A DNA stretch of 64,000 bases, taken from the NCBI RefSeq assembly GCF_009914755.1, contig NC_060928.1; one strand, written 5' to 3'. Every line of letters starts with the position of its first letter. Position 1 is the first letter of the stretch. Made by a program: the position numbers and the translations under genes. The stretch comes from the human T2T-CHM13v2.0 reference genome, Homo sapiens. This document shows, piece by piece, positions 54,205 to 64,000 of the stretch. The notes under the pieces are model-generated. The model searched no databases, was not told the DNA's origin, and saw nothing but the letters and a program-made list of their open reading frames with translations.

Positions 54205-55343
54205 AGTGTGGTTAGGTGTCTTGCCCTACACCCTTCCTTCTTCACAATGCAACCAGGGAGATCTTCTAGAAAGCAAAATCTGATTATGTCATATCTTCCC
54301 TGTCCACTTCCAATTTAAATCTCCGCCCTAAGTGCAATGGGGAGCCACTGAAAGTAGACAAACTTCTTGGCATGGCTCATAAGAACTTGTATAGTCTGTT
54401 CCTTTGCTTCCTTCTCAATCCTCCCTACATCTGACATCATCTCCTTCTTTCTTGACTAGACACACTGGCCATGACTTACACCTCTAACCTGCCAAGAATC
54501 CCACACCTCAGCATTTTTTCCACATCCAAATCCTTCTTCCTACCCTACTGGTTCTCCACCACTTGGCCTAGTTAATTCCTCCTCACCCTTCACAGCTTAG
54601 CTTAATGGCCATTTGCTCAGGGAACTCTTCCTTCACTTGGTAAAACCTCCCAAAATTAAATTCCTATAGCACCACATACTGAGAATGTAACAGATTTGTG
54701 TATTTACTCAATGTCTGCCTCTCCAAATAAACTTGAACCGTGAGGGTAGGAACCATATCTGGTTTTGCCCCCACTATTTTGCATGTGTCTAACATACTGC
54801 CTAGCACGCAGAAGACAAACACTTTTGAATAAATAAAAAGAGTTTATAGGTACAGGCTTTTAAAATCTAGCTTTCTATGTTTGCATAACACAGAAAAAAA
54901 GTAGCAAATAAATGCATTTTCCAGGTTGCCTGGAACTGGGAGAAGGAAAAAGAAGCCAAGGTCTGGTTTAAATAAAACAAACACAAACAAGAAAAAAAAA
55001 AGTGGCAAGATGAAATCATTCAGACACCTACCCTTGCCTTTTTTGTTTGTAATTAAACTATAGGTGAATTCACTAGGCTTAACGTTACGATAATCACAGA
55101 ATGCTCAGCTCCATGACAAGAAAACTGTTACTGCCCAGGAAAAACGAGAAGAAAAAATGGTAGTTAGGAGAGCTGAACTAAGAATTTTGAATTCTTAAGA
55201 AATAAAGAAGGAAGAAAAAAGGAGAAAGAGAACATTTAGACCTTGAGGCAGGAATTTATCATGGTGTGAGGCATTGAAACCAATCTCCTTCTAGCAGGTG
55301 GTAGCAGCTGGTTAAAGAAGAAAAGGGTGACCCTTGAACTTAC

Positions 55344-55370
55344 CTCAGATAGAGAAAGCAGGTCTGGAGG
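55344..55370 (-). CDS. LCORL: Candidate 27-nt LCORL cassette microexon
   Basis: Minus strand: ctttattctctccctgcag|CCTCCAGACCTGCTTTCTCTATCTGAG|gtaagt; consensus acceptor and donor in non-repetitive sequence. Confidence 0.55.
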
Positions 55371-55660
55371 CTGCAGGGAGAGAATAAAGATTTACAAAAC
55401 AGAATACAACTGGTGTTCATGGCTCCCCCAGCACCACTCTGCTGGATAAAGACAGATATTGACCCGTAAAGATCAAACAAAACAGAACAGCTAACATGTC
55501 AAATACATTGTATTGTGTTGAGGGAGCGAGTGTTGAGGAAGAAGTGGATGGGGTGTTGGGGACGAACAAGATAGGATGACCTTAATATATTTTTTAAAAG
55601 CCAACAACTTATTTTTTATTTTTTTCAAGCCACACCATATCAAAATTGTAGTGATACGAA

Positions 55661-55855
55661 CAGAGTCGGCAAACTTTTCTGCAAAGTGCCAGGTAGTAAA
55701 TATTTTAGACTCTGTAGGCTTTATGGTGTCTTGTTGCAACTATTCAGCTTCTGCAGCACAAAAATAGCAATAGGCAATATACGAGTGAATGAACATGGCA
55801 GTGTTCCAATAAAACTTTATTTACAAAATAGGCCATGGGCCAGACTTCCCAATTT
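55661..55855 (+). mobile_element. MER58A-like MITE
   Basis: cagagtcggcaaacttttct ... gtgttccaataaaactttatttacaaaa. Confidence 0.75.
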
Positions 55856-58499
55856 AGAGAATTAAATCTATGTCTGAAAATAGTTCTGTTCTCTACAACC
55901 ACCAGTATGTGGAATCAGCCAAATTATGTTTCTTTTACTAATTATGTTGCCAAAGTAAAAACTTGAAATATCTTCTAGATAAATTCCTTGAGTTCCTTTG
56001 TGACTTGAACATCTAACACAACACCTGATACATCAAAAGAAAAAGTATCCAATGTTTGTTAAATAAACTGAATGATTTTCTGAGAAAGATATGGGGCAAT
56101 TAGTAAAACAGAATATCCTGAAAACTCAGTAATAGTTGAGAAAGCAATGGAATATAAAATATTCAAGAAAAATTCTAAGAAAAAACATCAAGACAAAGAT
56201 TGTTTACCTGTTTTACATTTTCACAAAATATTATGGCAAAAGTTAGAGACTCTTTAAAACCTAAACTCTTCTCTTAATTCCTAAGAAAATTACAGGGGAA
56301 AAACTCAAATATAAACAGAATGTATCTTTATTAAAAATTCCTCAGGGGGGTTGGGTGTAAAAAAATTCCTAATTTCATTAGAATACTTTAACAGAATCAA
56401 ATCTTAACAGTTGTACTTAAAGTAATCATTTCCTTTTATCTTGTGTTCAGTGTTCAAAATATGTGTTAAAATGCTCATAAGCAAGATCAGAGGAGTATGT
56501 ATGGTTAGTCTTGGTTTCTGGTAGTTGAAGGAGTATATTACTTAGTTAAAAATCAGCCATCAGTTACAAACCTGTGTGAAAACCAGAATTCTGAATGGGA
56601 AAAATGTAAATTCAGTTATTTTTGACGACAGATGGCAAAATAGAAGAAGCTGACAAACTTTTTTTTTTCAGTCATCTCAGAATTCGATTCAAAGTGTCAA
56701 CTGAATTCAAAATTTTTATGGGAAAATTTAATGTTTTAGGATGGCTACTATTATTACAGGAGCTTCAAGACCACATTAGGTTATTTGATTCTTAAAAGTT
56801 TACTCAGAGGTGTCCAGAGTCAGCTTATTTATATCGAGATGTTTATCAATTAGGAAAAGATATACACCTGCTTTGGGAACTCAAAAGATACTGACATTAA
56901 AAAGGTCTATATTATTTCCAACAGTCGCACTCCATTTTTAGGCCATTACCATCTCAAAAATCATCTCCTGCAACTGACCTTTCACACATCACATTTCCCA
57001 TCCTCCACCCCCTGGATCTATATTTGTGCTACTATTAGAAAAGATTCTCTAGAACTCTGCTTTGATCATATAGCTTCTCACTATTCACAGAACAGATATA
57101 TTCTTGGCTCGATCTCTTTGTCCTGTCATCCCCACGTGGTGAACTTGACTATTACTAAATCTAAGGGCCCACCTTTCTCCAGGCTTACATTCTGGCAGCT
57201 GAGATAAAACCAGTTGTTCTATCCTATATTTCTTGAGACAGCTATTTCAAACCTTGTCCATATTCCCCAATTACCCAATCCCACATACTACTCTTGATTA
57301 CCTCTTGATTCACAGAAAATGGACTCTAATATCTCAGGATTCTGCCCACAAATTACCGATTTGCCTTCCCACATATTGTTCCCACTACCTTTTTTTTTTT
57401 TTTTTTTTAGAGAAAAGTGACCCTTTTGGCTAAGACCAATCTCTCTAACCATGTCCTAGATCCTATACCCAATAATCTACACAGGGGCTTCACTCCATTT
57501 CCATTGGTTGCCATCTCATTTCTTTATCTTCAATTGTTTATTCCCTATTGGCTTTTTTCCATTAGCATGTAAATATATATCTTTTAAACCTGTCTTCAAC
57601 CCCAGCTTAATCTAGCTAACCTTTGTATATTCTCTCCATTCATGGTCAATTATAGTTTTCTGTGCTAATTTTCTTTCTCTTCCTTCATTTAACTCATCTA
57701 GCCTTGAATATGACTTGTGGCTCTGTTAGTCCACCAAAGCTACTCTTTCCCAACAACTAAGATAAACTCTTGTTGCTATATTCAATGGAACCGTTTCAGG
57801 GCTCATCTTAGTTGACTTCTTATCAACAGTTTACATTGCCTTCTCCCTTCTTACAACACATTTCCATTCACCACATTCTCCAGGCTTTCCTCTTACCTCT
57901 CAACTACTGTCATCTGTCTCCTTTCGTATACATCCTTCCTTTTTCCTAAATCTTTGAGGCTCCGACTCCCTAGGCTCTTTCAATCTTACAATGAGTAATC
58001 TCATTGTAATCTCTTCCACTCTCATGGTTTCAGTTATTTGTTGATTCACAAATCCTTATTTCAGCTCAGGCCTTTTTCTTGGGAAACAGATCCGTATGTT
58101 TAGGAAGCATATCCATAACTGCTTCCTAACATCCTTTCTTGGATATCCCACTGAACACCTCAAATTTCTCACATCTAAAGAGCATTCTATCTTAGTAGAT
58201 CTTACTATCCTCTACCCAGATGTTCAAGGCAAAAACCTGGATGTTCTCCCTTTTTTCTTCTAATCTTTAAGACATTGATTTTACTTTATAGATCTCAAAT
58301 CTATTCTTTTCAATTACTGCTACTATTAGGGCTTAAAACATTTTTTGTTTCATTATTTGATGCTGACCTCACAATATGGGCTATGCTTCCCTCAGTAGCT
58401 TCATTGTTTTACCATTTTCCCACTCCCTCCTGATCCATGATTCCTATTTTATGCCTCAGTTCTGATAAATTACTCAATATTCCACATATGCTTGCTCTT

Positions 58500-58662
58500 T
58501 TTTAAAAAAAATTTTTGAGATACCTAGGTTGGAGCACAGTGGCACAATCATGGCTCACTGAAGCCTCGACCTCCCAGGTTCAAGCAAGGTGTGGGCTACC
58601 ACACTTGGCTAATTTTGTTTGTTTGTTTTGCAGAGATGGGGTCCCGCTATGTTGCCCAGGCT
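58500..58662 (-). mobile_element. Internally deleted AluJ fragment within L2 sequence
   Basis: gcacaatcatggctcactgaagcctcgacctcccagg ... gagatggggtcccgctatgttgcccagg. Confidence 0.7.
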
Positions 58663-60660
58663 GCTTGCTCTCTTTTGTCATCCAAATTTTCCACATCGTT
58701 TGCAACTGCCTGAAAACACTCCTCTTCCAACTTCTACTACATCAGCCTCCTTCAAGCCTCAGCTTAGATGCAACAATGTAGGAAACCTTGCCTAATTCCC
58801 TAAATCTGAGTTCAATTCCTCTTTAATGTGCTCTTACAATCCATCGCTCTCTCTCTGATCATAGCAGTCATCATCCTTCTACTGGAATTGGCTATCCATT
58901 TTTCTATCCTTCATGACATGGAGGAACATATAAGAGCAACAACCATAAGAGCAACAACCATGACTTTAACCATTCTATCCCCTTAAGGCATATAATATCC
59001 CACTTAAAAAATGAAATACATTCTATTTACTGAATAAATGATGTAGCTCTTGTTTTCTCCCTTAGATGGAAAGGAACTATTTGAACCTTCCACAGTGCTT
59101 AAGAGCATATTGTAGACATTCATTAAATACTTGTTGAAGTAAGAATAGAATGGGATTGCATTTTTCTGCCTCCTTTCCATGTGCACACTTGATATATACA
59201 GCAGTACAAATGTGGTGAAGTATAAATTTAAAAACTCATAAATTATATCTGGACAGTTCATCTCAAAATGTACCAAACAAGATATTTGTGATAGAAGCAA
59301 AACTTTTCATCAACAGTAATATTTCAAAATCTCATATACACTGCCTTAGAAATTTTTCTAGAAAAGTCTGGTTGTTAAGTCTCTTAAGTCTCCAGTCAGT
59401 AATTTATTCTACAAAGAAGAAAAACACATATAAAACTAATAATGAGTTTTAGCATCATTTCCAAAAAGGCAAAAAGAAGTATGAGATACCAAGAATGAGA
59501 AAAAAATAATACTTTAAAAATCAGATAAATATTAACAAATATTTCTATAAATACAACTTTATAAAAATAATGTCCTTGTTGATTGACTAAAAAAAAAGAA
59601 TGTTAAAAAATAAAGAAGGAAAGTTATCAGTGAAAGATAGATAAAACTTTAAGCAGAACAGGAAATAGTATTAGTAATTTTAAAAATGAGAAAGATCAAA
59701 AACAGCTCTTCAAATGATACTAAAAATTTTAAAACTGCCCAAAAGGATTTTGAAATTAATTTGAAAAAGTAGTCACTAGGCATCTTCCATCTTATTTTTT
59801 CTAGGATGATTTCATATTTAGTGGGGGTAAATAATCACATTAAAATAAGCTTGATATTTATTTCTTAGGAAGATACAATGATTAAGAAGCTAAAAGGACA
59901 AAATACGGTTCTGTTGTAAAATGAATTAATGCATTTACTTCTGGTTAACTGTAACAGCATGATATGAGGATGATATAAAGAATTAAAAATGAAGCTTTAC
60001 ATTTTATTCTCCATTCATGACAGTCTTTAAGAATTATGTGTGTATATTTTCAGATGAATTATAATAAAAAAAAAACCACTATCAGGTTTTTTTGCCTCTC
60101 TTTTTCCTGACATGGCATTTGATATTTTTAGTTATCCTAAGAACAAGAAACAGGGCACTTTTTAAAGTTTTGATTCATCGTTTATAATGGAGAATCTACT
60201 TTGGCCAACCTTTAAAATTTTAATCATTGCATGTTAGATATTTGAAATTTTAATCACTACTTTCTGAAATAGGTTTTAAAGTTATATAGTTGAATAACTG
60301 AATCTTGGGGGTCATAAAATCATTAACTTATTAAAAATCAAGAATTTACTGCTTTTACTATTTTAATATAAGACCTGATACTACCTATTTTAGCTTTTAA
60401 ACAAGTTTTAAAAAGAGTAGTAAAAATAAAGCCAATACTTCCCCAACCCCCCCAAAAACACCCCTAAAATATATAATGATGCAACTATATAATATCTTTA
60501 AATTTCCAAATGTAAAATTTCTTTCATGTTAAGCAAGTAATCAATAAGTACTTCCATACTCCTCAATATCCCTCATTGTCCAGTACTTATCAATAAGAAG
60601 AGCTGGAAATGGCTACACTGGCAACTATAGTGTTCCTATATTATTTTTACTAGGTTTTAG

Positions 60661-60900
60661 CAGGGGTGTCTAATATTTTGGCTTCCCTCGGCCACACTGG
60701 AAGAATTGTCTTGGGCCACACATAAAATACACTAACACTAACAATAGCTGGTGAGCTACAGAGACAAAAACAAAAACAACAACAAAAAAACACAAACAAA
60801 TCTCATAGCGCTTTAAGAAAGTTTACAAATTTGTGTTGGGTCACACTCAAAGCAGTCCTGGGCTGCATGTGGTCCACGGGCTGTGGGTTGGACAAGCTTG
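60661..60900 (+). mobile_element. MER30-like hAT MITE
   Basis: caggggtgtctaatattttggcttccc ... gggttggacaagcttg. Confidence 0.8.
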
Positions 60901-61732
60901 TAGGGTCCCTGAGTCTCCCTGAGGCACCAACATCTGGTCAGTATAACTGAGTAAAGGATGTAATTGTTTGCTAAGGTAATTCTGGTTTGCATTTTGAATT
61001 TGGCATTACCTTAACAATAACTTGTATATGATTCTCTTTTGCTAGTTATGGATTACCTGTGAAAAAGAATCCTCATCTTTATATCTGTGGAAATGAGCTC
61101 AATGTCTGATATCAAAAAACTACTCAACAAGTTTGCTGATTTATTTTAAAAAATATTGTTGCTCTACCACTCTTCAAATCATCAGTCTTAAAGTGAGCTC
61201 CAAATGACATAACAACTTGGTGGGTGATGTGAGATTAGGATTATCCTAGGATATGTTACAATCTATCAATTTAACAGATAGTCTTTACTTTTTTAAAAAC
61301 ATGGTCTCATAGTTGTGGTTGATTTCTCAATTGAGTAAATATTTACTAGTTTATAGTGTGGTACTTAATTTTTAGTTAGTTACTTGGTTATATTTATCTG
61401 TCAAACTGCTTACTGCTTTTATTAGATCTACCAAATGCAAAAGGAGATAACATCTACATTATTAAAATAATATATTTTAAAGATGATTTCTATGTCTCTA
61501 CTATATATATTTTTATTTGTGTGAAATCCTGGACATATTAAGAGGTGGGGAAGCGCACTGGTACATTTAGCAGCACCTAATTTCACGAGTTTCATACTAG
61601 GTGCCAAGAAATTAGGTTGTCCAAATATTTTGGAAACTAATTAAAACTGCATCAGCTGTTCCTTTTCTACCTGTTATACTTTACTCAAGGCACCTACAAT
61701 GAAACTTTAAAATTAAGTAGAGAAGAACTTAC

Positions 61733-64000
61733 CTAGGGATTTGGAAAAATAGTTTGCCATTTGTCCACTGTTGCAAGACTGTCGTTTATGTCTTTTTGTT
61801 GACATTTCTGTGATCTTCCATGGTGGTCTTTTTCTTTTGTTCAAATTGCTAAGAACTTCAAAACTATCAGGATTCTTGTCAAAGTTAACACATTTGCTTA
61901 ATTTACTATTGCCAAGATGGTCAGCAAATTCATCAGCTGAAGGATTATTTGTGTTAGCATTTTCTATTTCTTTAGATTGCTTTTTAAAAGAATTTTGCCT
62001 AGCAGAATGAGATCTTAAAGTAAAGCGCTTTGATTCTTCCATATGAGTCTGATGAGTATTTCCACTGTCAGTAGATTCAGGAGAGTAAATGATTGTATTT
62101 AGCTTAAAAGTATTTCTGTGTTCAAGACAGTTGAGCTTCCTCAAAAATATTCTACAGTCTTTTAAGGTTTTTGACCTCCAACTATTAGGACATACATTTT
62201 CTAGTCTTGGTCCCTTTTGAAAGTCTTTTTGGCTGCAATTTGTTCCATTCTCTTTTGCTTCTGACTTAAATTTATTCTCAAAACTAGCATGTATTTTGAA
62301 GTCAGGCATTACTACCCTCTGCTGCAAGTCACCCCTGATCTCAGGTGGCAAAACACACTGATTATCTACTATGCTTTTTCCTTGGAGTGGGATGTCAGCA
62401 TTTGTTTCTCCCTCAGTCTTATTTAAAAATTGGTTCTGGCAGAAAAATCTTAAGTTTCTCCTTTTAGAGTTCCAGTCAACTGTTCCATGGTTGTGCAGCT
62501 TTCCCTCTCTTTTCCACCTTTCATGATGCAACCTCTTAAACTCAGTCCTTTTTAATCTAGCTATTGCTAAATTACTTTTCACATTTAAGAGTGGAGAGTT
62601 AGCCACTTTATGCAGTATATGCAATTTCTCTGCTGATTTTGAAGGAGAAGAGAGTGCAAATTTTTTAAAGTGCTTTCTGAAGGGGCTGGCATTAAAGTCA
62701 GAATATTTGGTCCCTAATTTGATTCCCCTGGTATTTATTACTTCCAAAGGGTTTCGGGCATTTGCTTTTCTAACTAGTGAAAGAGACTGTGTTTCTGTTG
62801 TTTGCATAAACCAAGTACAGAGTTCATTCAAATCATACTTTTTCTGAAAAAGCATTTTTACAGGTGAAACTTCAAGTTCTAAAAGACAAGTTTCCAAAGG
62901 GCTTGCTACTTTGAAATGATCATTTTCAATGTGTTCTCTTTTTTTATGAATACAATTTTCAGCTTCATCTCCACTTACTTGCACCCAAGCATTTGTTATT
63001 TGCTCAAATCTATTGTTTAATTCCTCTAATAAGGAATCATTTGAAGCAGAAGTAGCCCACCACCTGAGCAAAGGGTTTGATGAAATTATAGGATCCAAGG
63101 ATACTTCAGAAATAGGTACTAATTTATTATCTTCCAAACACTTTTTTGCATTCCGCGAAAGTCTGTTTCTTGGGGTATCTTTGTAAGCTATTTTCATCTT
63201 TGAGTGCCTATGTTTTTCCTTCTGACTTTTATTTTTCTGCAAATGCAGTTTATATGATTTATGGAGCAGAGCGTTTCTATAAATAAGTGAGCTAGAAGAT
63301 GCTAATGAATGTAAGAAATGCAGAGATGGTTTTCTATCCCTAATAGAATGTCTCAAAGGTACAGTAGCAATCATACGTTTTGATCCATTTTTAAATATAT
63401 CAGCTTCAGTGTGCCTTATTTTATCCATTTGAGTGCACTGTTGGTCATACTTTTCTTCAGGCAGATTTTTTCCTGACGTATTATCCTGTTCTAAAGGAGG
63501 CAAGCAGCTGCTAATACTTACTTCTCTTTCCTGAGGTGAAGTTCTATTAATAGTCACAGATATGCCAGAGATTTTCACTTTTGCCGGTCTACCAGGCTTC
63601 CTACTTATTGCCAAAGGCTTCTGATTTGGTCGAATAATGTTCTTGGAAGGCTGAGGTATCACAGATTTGTTCTTGATGGGTCTCACATATTCAAAGCCAG
63701 ACCCCAAGATCTCACTTTCAGTAGTCAAGCTTGCTACAGCACTTATTCTTTCACCCAAGTCAATTTTGTCTTCACTAATATTTCTGGGACTATTATATTC
63801 AGTTGGAAAATCACCAGCATTATTGTTTAAAGACATAAGGTTGCTTATGTTTACCCTTCCTTCAGAAACATGCCTTTTAGTTCTTCTTGACCTTCCGTAA
63901 ATAACAGTTACTGTAATACTCTTTTTATAAATACCTTCTTTTACTTCTGATATGAGACATTCTGGGCTTTTCCTTCCAGCACTAAAGGGCTCATTCTGGC
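61733..64000 (-). CDS. LCORL: LCORL giant exon, 3' part (PALI2 isoform; PIP/DUF4553 region); continues beyond the window
   Basis: Frame open from the window edge (QNEPFSAGRKSPE...) through the 707-aa ORF to donor CTAG|gtaagt; contains the PALI-family block NAWVQV...ELCTWFMQTTETQSL...RKHFKKF and AT-hook-like RKPGRPAK. Confidence 0.9.

Noticed and set aside
58930-58959. 15-bp tandem duplication ataagagcaacaacc
   Set aside because: Ordinary slippage duplication with no further structure.
61771-63900. Plus-strand ORFs 61771-62010 and 63667-63900
   Set aside because: They are antisense shadows of the LCORL coding exon.

Overview
Human (or very close primate) genomic DNA at the NCAPG/LCORL locus. 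The + strand carries coding exons 2-21 of NCAPG (condensin I subunit CAP-G) at 569-31772. All 20 have AG/GT boundaries and splice into one continuous frame ending ...LAQFLNEDLS*. Exon 1 lies outside the window. The - strand carries the 3' end of LCORL: the last ~2.3 kb of the giant PALI2 (PRC2-interacting) exon, open from the window edge to a GTAAGT donor at 61733, a ~27 kb repeat-rich intron, and a terminal exon starting at 34247 whose 3' UTR runs antisense into the NCAPG 3' end. The introns hold many Alus, DNA-transposon MITEs, L2/MIR fragments, old L1M/L1PB pieces, a full-length THE1 element, and an internally deleted L1PA3/4-type element that keeps its 5' UTR. No prokaryotic system, CRISPR array or new multi-gene system is present. 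The most interesting signals are: (i) a dual-frame LCORL terminal exon plus a candidate 27-nt dual-frame microexon, giving alternative PALI2 C-termini; (ii) an L1 antisense-promoter/ORF0 unit positioned to splice into that terminal exon; (iii) several locally templated insertions in NCAPG introns, one resembling an Alu 3' transduction. Repeat subfamily calls and repeat boundaries were made by eye and are approximate.
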